Assembly: GCA_024704765.1 (NCBI GenBank)
Contig: JAKMXF010000066.1
Location: 124,001 to 188,000, forward strand
Source: Oopsacas minuta
Lineage: Eukaryota > Animalia > Porifera
DNA length: 64,000 bases
Direction: 5' to 3'
In this document: piece after piece, positions 47,170 to 59,485 of the stretch
Layout of the letters: each line of letters begins with the position of its first letter
How positions within the stretch are numbered: position 1 is the first letter of the stretch
The notes under the pieces: generated by a model
What the model was told of the DNA's origin: nothing
Database searches by the model: none
What the model saw: only the letters and a program-made list of their open reading frames with translations
Made by a program: the position numbers and the translations under genes

Positions 47170-48171
47170 TTAAAAGTCCTTTTTCACATCAGGCCAAACA
47201 CCATTTTGACTAGGTAACACCAGCATTACGTAACTATTGTCTCTCAAAGCTGAGCTAGATTTCTTAACTCCATCTAAGAGATCCCAATTACTATAACCAG
47301 AACTGGTTTTACAATAAATCCTAACCATTTTTTGAGAAGATATATTAAAAACACGCTTCATCTTAATCAATAACTCTGTTATAGAGTCTCTACTTGACAT
47401 ACGGATAACTCTGAATTCGTTCGTATCCGGGTATAGGAAGCACCAGACATCTGATGCAGTTAAGTCTATTTCTAAATCATTCGTAGCGTGGGTCATGTCC
47501 GAATAAATCACTAATCTCTTCAAGGCTAGATTACAGTTGATTATCCCATACCAAGCCAGTAGATGTCGCCAGCCCCATTCAGGAAAACAATAGTATGCGC
47601 TACTCTCACAATTGAGAGCATCCAAGCGACTCATGTCCACGGAAATCAAGTTAAATATGGGAGAAGAAACATTTCTATCCCTCAAATCTTCATACCAGTT
47701 TCTGTGAATCATATAACAGATGTCATTTTTCTTAAACGTTAGCGGTTGTATAGTTTTGATAACCTCAGGTGATGGTTGAGGCCTCCTGAGATAGAAATGA
47801 GGAGTAAGATAATCAAGATCATGTACTAGACATAGGTTAATACAGTGAGTAGGGTATAAGGGGAGAGATTCGTAGAACTGTTGGTGTAAGAATTCGCGAA
47901 TATTGTCAATAGAATCGTTCGTGAAAATATTACGTCTTCGCCAATACAAAATATCAAAATCGTGTAGAACCTTCATTTCAAAACTGTAGTTCAATAATTC
48001 ATAATATAACTCGTCACATAATTCGAAAATAACTTCCCTAAGAATATCTGAATCAGATTCTTCAAATTCCTGAGCAAACACTTGAGTTAGGTTATCTCTC
48101 ATTGTAGTTATCGCTTTGTAGAGATCTGTTGTGAAGATAGCGAGTGGATCTTCTTCAAACTTACTAGTCAT
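47170..48171 (-). CDS. Stand-alone DUSP plus ubiquitin-like protein (USP4/11/15 N-terminal module) without a USP catalytic domain
   Basis: NDICYMIHRNWY, SSPIFN, YYCFPEWGWRHLLAWYG, LKRLVI, LEIDL (DUSP); then MSSRDSITELL..MKRVFNI....VRIY and QNGVWP, with a stop six codons after the W. Confidence 0.7.
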   Translation of the reverse strand: MTSKFEEDPLAIFTTDLYKAITTMRDNLTQVFAQEFEESDSDILREVIFELCDELYYELLNYSFEMKVLHDFDILYWRRRNIFTNDSIDNIREFLHQQFYESLPLYPTHCINLCLVHDLDYLTPHFYLRRPQPSPEVIKTIQPLTFKKNDICYMIHRNWYEDLRDRNVSSPIFNLISVDMSRLDALNCESSAYYCFPEWGWRHLLAWYGIINCNLALKRLVIYSDMTHATNDLEIDLTASDVWCFLYPDTNEFRVIRMSSRDSITELLIKMKRVFNISSQKMVRIYCKTSSGYSNWDLLDGVKKSSSALRDNSYVMLVLPSQNGVWPDVKKDF

Positions 48172-51001
48172 TGCTGTAGAGCTGTCGATTACACAAATAT
48201 TCAGTTATTTAGTCAGAGTAGATAAAACTTGTAAGTATCGTATAAAATTAGATTTGACCGGCAGTATAGTTACTTACACCCCAACCTATTACTATCCAAA
48301 TAATGGTCATCATCCTTATAAGAGGTTTAAAGTAAATACAGTCATGTTATGATGATAGTTTTCAAGATAAATATTCGAAGAAAGTGTAGTGTACAACTTT
48401 TAGCTGCAAATGCTGGTCTGATCTGCATGAAGTTCTTTCCAATACTATCATGACTACCCGTTGGAAATTAATTTCTGGGAACAAATAATATAATGACAGA
48501 TCTTCTTAATATTTCAGAGCCCTGTACTTAAGTAGGTTAATATTAGTCCAATATGACCGAATTTTTTGCCTCAATTCGGCCCTAATGAACTAACCTAATT
48601 TCCAATTAATATGTAAACAAAGATGAAGAACAACGGAGCAGAAGTCATAAACAATAGTCTTCAACTAGTAATTATATATTTATTGCTATTGAAATATAAA
48701 TATTTGAAGCTACCAAATGGTAATGACTAACGAGTTATTAGAATAATAGATGTCTTAATCATATCTCAAAATAACATTCGGCCGGTTTAAGCAATGCTGT
48801 ATAATACGTATTTCAGCTCAGAACCCCACGATACATTTCGTACTAGAGTTAGGCCTGGAGTCAATTACTCATACATGTAATATATTACAATTACAATTAC
48901 CGTATCTTTCTCGTTAAGATTACTCTTACAATTACATTACCAAATCTTGTCAAATATACAATTACAATTACTTAATACCCCCGCGTTACGATTACTTTTC
49001 AATCACATTAGTCACGTTTCTATAACCATTGGCTATAACATGGATGAGTTTCTAAAATGCTTCACCACTGAGGGAACACATATCATGAAGACTTGTCCAG
49101 CTATACTAAAAGGTCTCTCTACTGGAGCTGAAGAAACAGAAAAATATCGCTATACATTACAAAAACATCAATTACAATTATCATTACTTTACAAATTGTA
49201 AGCGTCACTATTACTATTACGTAACCCAGGGCTGGCCTACAGCAAAGTATAGAATAAACAAACAAACACAACGTTAGGGTACGTAATACGTATGTAACAA
49301 ATCGAAGAATTAAGTAGGGGTTACTTCAAGTAAGAAAAGCAACACAAATGAACAGAATTAGGTATAGTAAGCAGTAATATCTAATTTCATTGAGCCAATT
49401 TTAGTAATTGGTTCTACGTAATCTATCTCGCAATAGAATAATAGTCTCTCAGCTAAGTTGTATAAATTTCTCAATTGAAATACTAACAAATCAAATGAAA
49501 AATAAATTAAGTTTGAATTATTATCTGTGTTAATCTTTGATACTCAACAAAAACGGAAGAACCTTTCCAAGTAAGTTCTCAAACAACAAGTTTATGTCAA
49601 GGAAGCAATTTTAAATGTAGTGTAAGGCCCAGGTGCTAAAAAGTTTGTAGTTACTCTCGTGGACAATTAGTCCAACCTTTCAATACACCATTTAATGCTT
49701 AAAACTAGATGATAAATATTAATATGTGAACTTACTTACAAACTTTCACTTACGTGATGTTGTTGTTGTTGTGAATCCTATTTTTTGACTGTAAATCATT
49801 TACCTTCGATACCAATGATGTAATCTAATATATTATTCCCAGTAGATTTATATAATTACAAATATTATCAACAGTTAGATATACGTGTAAAATTGGTTAC
49901 TCCATACAAATATCACACCCTCGCTGTTTGCATCAATTCGGTTATGACTTATGAGAGAATCATTAAGCAAGCATTACATATTTACACTAAGAAATGCTAA
50001 CAACAGTATTTCTTGAATCACTATAATTTGATTATAGCAGAGGTCATAATAGTATAATTACAAGGCAGTTTCAGTAAATAATGTTCCATTGAATTGATAA
50101 TGTTATTTCTATGTGAATTATCAGGGGTCACACATTATAAACCAAGCAAGTGGCCCGAATAAATACTTCCCATAGGATTTGTATTAAATTAAGTTCCCTT
50201 ATTTAGGAAATCTCTTTATTATGATTAGGAACAAGATTTCGGTCCAGTCACAATAAGCGGCCCTGACTGTAGATCGATTTCTCTATTTTCTGTATTACTG
50301 TGACCATTTCATGAATTATGAATATTCCATTTTATCATCATCTATCAAATTGTGGTACCAATAAATTCCAGAGATACCAACCATCACGGGCTATCTGTGA
50401 GTCTCACAAATTTCGCGGCTCTAACTGTAAAGTTTCATACGGTATTTAACTCCTTTTTATGCAGGATGCAAAATCTCACAAATTTAAAAGGAATCTCACG
50501 AGTTGGTGAGACGGCCAAGTTGATAACTATAAAATTCCATACATTTAAATTCGGTTCGCTTAGTTACATAGCAAGATTTTTGACAGAGTGAAACTTTGAC
50601 AAAGGAAATAACAGACTTCTTGTATTTTAATAGAGAAGTATGAAACAGTGATCTGATAGTACATACCATGAGGACTATACACGTAACTGCAAATTTGAAT
50701 TTAGTTGCTATTGTGGTTATAATAGCCAATGCACACAGCAAAAACAAGATATCAAATTAACAGGATGATAGGAGGAGTTCAATTCTTGTAATAAAAACTC
50801 TTACGGGGAGAGGCGGTGAAATCTAAAAGCAATATTATAGATAACTTTGATTGATATTGGTAGTATAGACTTTATCTACGTATACACATAGAACGTATAA
50901 ATACATAGAATTATTTACTAAATATACATTAGTTCCTATTTGAACACTTTTTCACAGCAAAAGATATTCCTATAAATTATCCAAACTTGTTGATTGCAAA
51001 C

Positions 51002-52605
51002 ATGGAATACTTATTTGAAAAAATTGCAGAATACTTTAGTCCTAACAAGAACAACACTACAGACATTATGGATAACAATCTCACGATCAAGGAGGGCTAT
51101 GGTTACAAAAGAGGCGCTATTAATACAGATTGGAAGAAGAGACTATTCGTTCTAAACCAGAAATCTCTTACATACTTCAAAGGAGGGGTTAGTTTGAATA
51201 ATAAACATAAACTCTTGCTACATTGAATATACGTAGGAATATTGTACGCATACAGTAAGATTCACGCGGTGATCTGATACAAGCCTTGTAAGATAATGAT
51301 TCATGTAACTGTAACATTTGAATAACTATATTGACTCATTATAATACACATTAAAAAAAACGCAATTTTTCGTTGTATCTGCAGAACAATCCACACTATT
51401 TTCCGTGTTTCTTGTGTTATAACTCGTAAGCGGTGAGGGGTTACAACATTGACGCCAAGTTTTAGGAAACAAAATCAAACCTTGGGTCCACCATGCGAAA
51501 TCTATGTAAATTCCATATGAATACAGTCTCTCCCTCTAAATCTGGGAGACCAGACCCCAGGTGCCCAAACTTAGTGCCAATGGGTTCCAATACATTTGGT
51601 CAGGAAATGCATAAGTTCATTGGGATGAAAATCGTAACTATTTTAAAATTCATATATTGCAGACTCCCGCAGATGGAATCTTGTCTAGAAATGGCTATGG
51701 TGGCAAACCCTCTCTGAACTCCAAAAATTGAGGTTTTGCTTATCATTTCAATTGGACATCGCAATAAACCTACCGCAATTGTTCCCAACCTTTAAACCCG
51801 TGGACCTCTGAAATAAATTTTCAGTAGCGCAATTTCTTTGAAATTTCTTCCTATTATATTCTCATAATTTTGTCACATAGTTTAACAAATTATTCTTTAG
51901 AAATCTATACCGTCAGGGAGTATAGAGCTGAATACTGTACAACATATATCAGATATACAGAAGGATAATATATTCAAAGTGAGTTAATAGAAGTGGTCAA
52001 TCCTTCAATTAAATATATAATCACTATTGTGTTGCAATGAGATGAAACTAAATTGCTGAGGTTGCAATCAAAACAGCATGCAATTAACTAATGGGCTACA
52101 AAAACATTATCATTTATGACCTATAAGCAAGAAGAACTGATCAGCATTCCATCAGACCGGTAGAAAATTTAAATTGGATCCTAGAAGACCTATTTGATAT
52201 TTATTGTGTCGGATAACACTGAAGAAAATCAACACAATTGTTATATATCATAAATATTACAAATAATCTATTACATTCTACATCTTGTAGTTATTTACAC
52301 CTGGAAGAGTTTATGAAATCAGATTAGGTAAGATATAATTAACATTCTATAATCTGTATGGTACCATCATTGATCAGTCAATTTGCTTAATATATTTGAT
52401 ATTCGTAAATATGGAATTAATATTTTTGTATTCGTTTCCTTCTCATGTCCTTGTAACGAATATTATCTCAGTAAACATGATCTAGTAATGACTTTTGATT
52501 TAAATCCTTGATAATAATTATACAACTCCCATAGACTCCCAAGGTGACGCTGTTGCATGGGTTGAAGCACTCAATCAAGCTTCCAAGAGAGGTCCCGTAG
52601 CTTAG
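51002..52605 (+). CDS. PH-domain-only protein, 123 aa, 4 exons: 51002-51187, 51901-51978, 52291-52327, 52535-52605
   Basis: Spliced: IKEGYGYKRGAINTDWKKRLFVLNQKSLTYFKGG|KSIPSGSIELNTVQHISDIQKDNIFK|LFTPGRVYEIRL(D)|SQGDAVAWVEALNQ. All introns are GT-AG with phases 0, 0, 1 and the product is a complete PH fold pattern. Confidence 0.85.
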
Positions 52606-52829
52606 AAATTCTTAAAAGAGAAAAGTTAATAAAGTATCCGTACGATTTCAAGATTATTTTGTTTGAGATTGATTTGATTCATAATTTAATCGTAAAGGAT
52701 AATTTCAATGTATATACATGTATATGTAGTCAAATAAAACTGGTGTATACTTTTGAGATGATTTAGAAGGTTTTCAGAAGCTATTTTGTGTCAGCAAACC
52801 AGTCAGTTACGGAGACTTTATCAATAATA

Positions 52830-53011
52830 CAGTCAAACCTCCCAATAGTATAGTGAACACCCTCAGGACAGAATGTTTTGTTCACCATATCGAGGTGTTC
52901 ACTAACTAGAGGCCACAATTAAATGATTGGTATAAAATTGAGACCAAAGAATAGTGTTCACTGTTCAGTGTTCACTATTTCGAGGTATTCACTAACGGAG
53001 GTTAATCACTG
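52830..53011. mobile_element. Tc1/mariner-type MITE, degenerate
   Basis: CAGTCAAACCTCC ... GGAGGTTAATCACTG with TA flanks; internal GTGAACAC / GTGTTCAC repeats. Confidence 0.6.
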
Positions 53012-55397
53012 TAGTAGTTACCTGATAAATAATGGGAAATATGTAATTTTATGGCTTCTATTAGGAATCCAATACTTGGTAATATGTCCAATTCTAATTT
53101 AATTACTTCTTACATACAAACGGGGAACTTTTGGAAATGGAGTGATAATAAATAGAGCGCATCCCTCGCCCCATATAAATGAACCTCCATAACAAGGAAA
53201 TTGGCAGAATACGGAGAAACGGGTAGCATTTTCGGCTTCTCTGGCAGTCTGCACCCTGTTTGTGGAAGTTATACTGTATTAGCTATTCATTTCTTACACT
53301 AAACAATAACATAACTGGATCAATGTCTGCTGTAGTAATATTTATCAAAGTGTACTTAGCAATTTTTCCCATTATTTATAAATTATAATGTAATTATTGA
53401 GATTTACAGTTTAGTGTATAGATGCTAAATCGTTTAAAATCAAATATTTTAACAGTATGTGAGCGTTCCCCAATTGAAGAATAATATTATGCTAGCAGGA
53501 GAGGATAAGAGAATGGAATAGTTTCAGCTGTAACTACTGAGTTTTGTTTAGATATGTATAAAATAAAACTTAATTTTGCAAATAATATAAACCTCAACTT
53601 ATTGCGCTCAAAATGCTGGTCATTACACACACCGTTCATAAGTTTCAATGTAAATAGGTATAGACATGAAATGATAACACAGTCCTACACTGGTTTAGTT
53701 GTTTTGATTTTGACAACTGATTTATACTAATTGCGAATTTGAAGTCCAATTCATTTTCATCACAATTTGATAGTACGCAACTTGCAAATTTTAGGGCAAA
53801 AATCAGTATACGTATGTGACAATAAATATATTGAGTGGCTTTTCGAATTATAACGTCATTGAGTCTCAATAAAAGAGGAATGAGCTTTGTGTAAGAAAAA
53901 CTGGTCATTTTATTATGAAAATTGGGAATTACACATTAAAAACAACAAAACACAAAAATATTATTTATGGCCTGCAAAATGAATAATTTTACGAATAAGG
54001 GCTGATCCTGTTTCTAATGAAGCACAAATACTGTAGTTTTAAAATCCAATAAAATTGTTGATGATTCGATCATACTCTGGAAAAAGGTTTACAAAAATTT
54101 GGCAATCTTCCTAAAATTTTTGAAAATCCTAGAATTGTGAAATGATGGCGGAAAAATAGACTTCAAATTCGGAATCAGCATGTCTGAAAGTATATAAAAT
54201 GTTTGATACAATACGAATATGAATGAAAAATATAAAATTACAGGCCTGTGTAATAGTTTCGATTAAAATTAAAATATCCCTTAACACAGGGCAGTTAGAG
54301 AAATTCCAGGCCCCTATCTGTTCTTGCAATGAAATATACTAGGGACACAATTACATGTAAATAAGAAATCGCATGATATATTCACATATTACTGAATATG
54401 TATTATTTATATCGAGAAATTTGAAACGCGTTTGGATTTAATGTAATCATGGTCAACTTTAGGTGACGAATTCATTGCGCCTAAACTAACTGAAGGATGG
54501 TCGTTTGAACATATTTAGTCGATGTAATGCAGGGACGTCGCTAGGATTATTCACCTAGGGCGCAATGAAATTACCAGGGGGGCACGAAGTTACTAGGGGG
54601 CAGGACGAGGGGCTAGGTTTTTCACGGGTTTAGCAGAAGGCATGCCAGTAGTGGATCTATACATTTCTAGTCGGGCATCACCATCCAGCTGGAACTGGGG
54701 GTTTGGGTGAGCGAGTCTGGACCTAGCTCCTAGACAACAAGCTATAATTGCTACCACATTAATTACCTTCCTACTGTCATGTTAGTTTGAATCTTGAAAA
54801 ATAACTGCGCAATACACATTTGTTTGGAATATTCTCCGATTGAGGTTGTGCTTTTTGTATATGAATTAGATTGATACATTTGATGAGGGTAACCTCAAAA
54901 ATAGTACTTAAGTCGGTAGATCAATACGTACAAGATATATCCTGATATAAGGTGAGATTACCGGACCCGACTGATTTCAATTCGAAATATGTGTAAAAAG
55001 GTGTGAAAATATGATTAATCATATGATAAATCTGTGAATTTGTAACTTTCAGACTCTGAAATTGTCAAAATCGGATTCTACGCACCCAATTACCAGTGAC
55101 AACATGTTGATACCTAATCTCTAGCTTACTTTTGTATTTTACACAGAAGGGTGCTATAACATTATTAATCACAAAAAAGGTGAAATATTCACTTTAGAAA
55201 AAATTCACACTCGAGGTGCAAATCTCCGACCCAAATGTATATGAATACCAATTTTCGTGCTAAGTGAACTGTTAGATTTCACACGGACGTCGCACATCGT
55301 CCATGCCATTAGGCCAACTCCCTATAGGAGCTACACTAAAAATACACTTACAAGAATTATCAGCAAAACAATCATAGGCGTCATTTACTCAGGTCTT

Positions 55398-58300
55398 CAG
55401 TGGTTTAAAAGGGCAGTTAGTAAAGAATAGCTATTTTGGTGTAAGATAGCCATATGAAATGTATTATTTACATATAGATTATTATATATAAGGAACCAAT
55501 ACATCTTGTCATAACAAGTATATGGCCTAAAATTTCCAAGTTATGACGTCATTGATATATGTGAAATTTTAAATTTTCTTCAATAAATACATTTTACTCG
55601 ACTTTATTGCCATGAAATATATTAATTACATATGGGTTATCCGTATTTGGCCATCACCTTGAACTTAAAATTTTGTTGTAGGGCTTGTATTTATAGAGTT
55701 ATGACGTCACACATATGATGGAATTTATCTTATTGATTTACAAAATATACATTATATTCATACTTAAGTTCATGATAGGCAATTTGTATTGGAGGTTAAG
55801 GTCGTGAATAAAGTCTGCATACTAGTTTTCTGATTGTTCATAGCATTGCAGCATTTAGATCTCGTTGTGTGTCCAGATTGACCACATCGTTCACAAGTCA
55901 AAATTCTTCGATGGTTGACTAAGGTTGGATCACTTTGAGAGGTTAATCTGACGAAGATATCCATAATATTGGTCTCAAAACTAACTTTACGAGCTAAATT
56001 CTCCCGATATTTTCTAACTAATTTGTTGCATGATTCTGTGCCTTCTTCTGAAAATGCCTTTAAGCCATAGCTAGAATTCGACTCACGTATTAACTCCTCG
56101 GAATGGGCCAAGAGCTTGTGCAGGGTTGGAGTCATGCTAGCCCAGGGGAAAGAATCTAAGATCACAAGGTAGGTATCCTTGCACAATTTCCCCAATTCCA
56201 AAGTGTTAACTTTGTGACTTGAATTGAAAACCCGAAGAATGGCTGAAAGCTGAGTATGTATCTTTGATAAGATTGGGCGATATTTTATTGCTACAGTTGA
56301 TAGAATGCATTCAAGGTATTCAGTTTCATCAGAAAAGGCTCTTCTAGCAACATTCCCTGTTGAGGTGGTTCCACCGCTAGAATTAGGCTGGTCAACCTTT
56401 AATCCTGTCTTCTCCTGAATAAATGTTTGAAGGAATTTCATTGACTCCTTGATAACTGGTGAAGTTGGGGACCAGGTAAACTTTTCGATGCGAAGATGAT
56501 ATACCAGCAAATTGAACCACCTAAAATTGGTTTAATTATGTGAAGATAAATTCTGAATGATTAATGGAGTACAAGATTACTTACCTAAATACGCCTGCGT
56601 ATGAATGAAGTGGAGATGCTGGATGTATGTTAATCTCTTAAATTGGTTGATGAGTTAAATTGAAGCGTTCATTAGTCGAAAGAGCAAAGAACGACTCAAA
56701 GTCATCAATGTGCGAAAATAACTCGATTGCATCTGTGATATTTCTGTTGATGGGGAACCCTTCAAGAACTAAATTCCGGTCCTTCAAATCTTTATGTGTG
56801 GGAGTGCACATCTGACAACTGGCTCCTCCAGCTCCAGAGAGAATGGCTGCCATCTTCCCGTCAAACATTGAGCGGATAATATCGACATTGACAACACCAT
56901 TTCTAAAGGAATCCCATTTTGCAACATCGCTGTATCGGGATTAATCATAGTTTCCATGAAGGAACGAATATTTTCTTCGCATTCTGTCGCAGCGCAGAGA
57001 AAAATAGGTCTTTGAGAGAAGGGTGAATTAGGGGATTTATTCTGCCAAACAATCCTGTTTGTTACTGTGTGGATGGAGATGGGCTTGAAACGAAACGGAA
57101 TGAAGTTTTTGGTGAAAGTATTAGTTGTCTGCTGGTTGTAGATAGTGTGACAACCAGAACCATCTAAGCCATCTGCGATTTTAAATGTGAGTGGGAATTC
57201 TTCACTTGTGGGGCGATCTACCATTGACAATATTCTTTCCAGGGTTTTCTGAACTTGAAGAAAATATGGTGCGTGTATACCTATTGGTTTAGCTGGATTA
57301 GGGTATAAAGTTATACTGGATCCCGAAATCATGACATCTCTCAGATTAGCTAGCTTGCTGTAAGATGGGAAATGTATATTGTCTGGTAGAAGTGTTTGAC
57401 GTAGTTGAGTGTATTTTCGTCTGCCCACTTCAAGTAAATCCAGCAGGAATAAGGCTTTATCAACTGGAACATGCTTGTTACTGAGGTTACAGAATCCTCC
57501 GCTGACAATAATCTCTTTGGCTACAGTAGCAACCTGACGATTATTCTCCTCATTTGCCAATAGTTGTAATGAGAGTGCTGCAATGCTTATTTCTGTAGTA
57601 TTCTCAATAACTGAGAGTGACTTAATGCATTCTAGCAGACTTGACAATCGAATACGCTGTTGTTGCAGAGAGAGATCATCAAGATGCTTCCTATGACTCA
57701 CTGAATGAATGGGAACTTCACCATCATCAGAAGACGACTCTAGTAAATCAGAATCACGATTTTTCTTTAACTCAGGTTTCATGGAAATGTTAGAATGCCA
57801 CCATTCTCCTTCTAAACAATCTAAAGATCTCTTCGCCTTCTTGAATCTGTCCCGAATTCTTAACAGCAACGTTTCCAAGAGTTTCGTATTATCTGAGTCT
57901 ATTTCAAAGTGTTCTTTGAAATATTTTGTCGTTTTCAAGACACAATTATTATTGTCTTTCAGGATTCTTGCCAATTCAAGGCGGGACTTTGGGAAAGTTA
58001 ACTCTTCTGTCATTGTTTTCAAGAAATTCCGAAAAATATGTTGTATTATTCAGTAGATTATATATATATAGGTAAGTATAATAAATTTCAAGAACGAAAT
58101 TCAATACTATTTCATTCCATTGTTGTAGTATGCTACAATGGGAATTTCCTAGCAACGAAAAGTTGTAATGGAATGTCATTGAAAATTATAGGTTGCGCAC
58201 TGTTTCGGGTTTTGTGGTTTTAGATTATGTTTTTAGGAATCGTAATGTGTGCATCCGATTAATTTTGCGCTGTTGTTTTGTGTAGTTTATTTTTCCTGAC

Positions 58301-58688
58301 ACTTTAAGTATTCCTCTTTGTAAAAATTCTGTACGGATTTTACTAGATTTTAGACATCTTATGTTCACGAAATATATACAAGATACAGTCATGGAAACAA
58401 GATATTTAGAATTAGCATAGTCGAAATGTATAAAGTATACCAGATTAGTAACATTCGATTATGTAATTGCTCTTACAGGGTCATTTGAAATTGGGGCTAA
58501 ATTTAGAAATCATGAAGCCGCAATTTTCCTATAAATATTTCGCATCTTTGATGAAGCAATTTTACAGCTTCTAGGGTCTCAATCGCTTAGATATTTTAAA
58601 TGAGAATCATTTAAACAATATAAAATGAAATAAAACCATCAAATACGGAATCAATTTTTTGTCTATTCTTTGCTTCTAAACCACTGTG
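55398..58688 (-). mobile_element. Transib/RAG1-like DNA transposon, 3291 bp, 5-bp TSD GTCTT, RSS-like ends
   Basis: The right end read inward is CACAGTG GTTTAGAAGC AAAGAATAG; the left end is CAGTG GTTTAAAAGGGCAGTTAGT AAAGAATAG (first CA missing). GTCTT lies at 55393-55397 and 58689-58693. Confidence 0.88.
55770..58013 (-). pseudogene. RAG1-core-like/Transib transposase; two exons (intron 56521-56584), frameshift near 56900-56915, in-frame TAA at 56638-56640
   Basis: Catalytic motifs DGLDGSG, MFDGK and FSEEGTES; zinc motifs CQMC and TPTLHKLLAH; SPLHSYAGVFR|WFNLLVY spans the intron; C-terminal CERCGQSGHTTRSKC. Confidence 0.88.
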
Positions 58689-59261
58689 GTCTTATCTTTT
58701 CAGTTAACATATAATCTAGTAGAAATTTGGAATATCGTTATACTAGTTATTGGCGTATATACTGGTTTGACCAGCATATAGCTAGCCACATTGACATTAA
58801 ATGTAGACACTAAAGAATTGTACAAAACTAATAAACCAAGAGTGATTATCTACTTCAAGAAAAAGCCAGAGCAACTATGACGTCAATAAACTTAGAAATA
58901 GAGGCTTGTGTCAAATATCAGAAGAATTGTTCAAGATGTGAAAAAGGGACCTCGTCCCTAATTAACAGAATGGAATGGATAGGTTTTCTTAAAGAAATTT
59001 CAAATTTGTTGTTTGTTTCCATTTGCTGATATCCAAAGTATCTAAGTAATACCGCATGAACAACGTTTCATCATTCTAATCACGAATATTATATGAACCA
59101 ATAATACTTAATCCTATCGGGTCAAGGTCTGAAGGATGAAAAATGTAAAGAGAAAGAGAGAAGTTACAGTTTCAAGCAGTAGCAGAGTTGAAATCCGGTT
59201 GTGGTTTTTCGGCGGGTCTGATCGGGTTTTGAAAAGTGAACCCGATTCCAGAGGTATTAAA

Positions 59262-59342
59262 AAGTACTGTGCGCATGTCCATTAAGTACTGTGCGCATGT
59301 CCATTAAGTACTGTGCGCATGTCCATTAAGTACTGTGCGCAT
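59262..59342. repeat. Tandem repeat of a 22-bp unit AAGTACTGTGCGCATGTCCATT, 3 full copies plus 15 nt
   Basis: Exact repeats at 59262, 59284 and 59306, partial at 59328; ends about 145 bp before the ATG at 59486. Confidence 0.95.
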
Positions 59343-59485
59343 AGGGATTCATGTACCATAGTAGGCGTATATTATACAGATTAATTTTATTAGACTGCTT
59401 TTCAGATCTCAGTTATTCACTCTAGTAATCAGTCTACCAGTCTAGATGAATACTTTCTTACTATAATTTGTTCAAATTAGCTGGA

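Noticed and set aside
51385-51425. Extra exon of the PH gene (CAG| ... |GTAAG)
   Set aside because: 41 nt would shift the frame and the PH domain is complete without it; at most a poison exon.
53677-53700. CACAGTCCTACACTGGTTTAG as the left end of the RAG1-like element
   Set aside because: Weaker match, no AAAGAATAG block and no GTCTT duplication; 55398 satisfies all three.
57709-58223. Short ORFs near the transposase 5' end as a possible RAG2-like partner
   Set aside because: Antisense or very short, with no kelch or PHD pattern.
59262-59342. CRISPR-like array
   Set aside because: Units are head-to-tail with no unique spacers, there are no cas genes and the context is eukaryotic.
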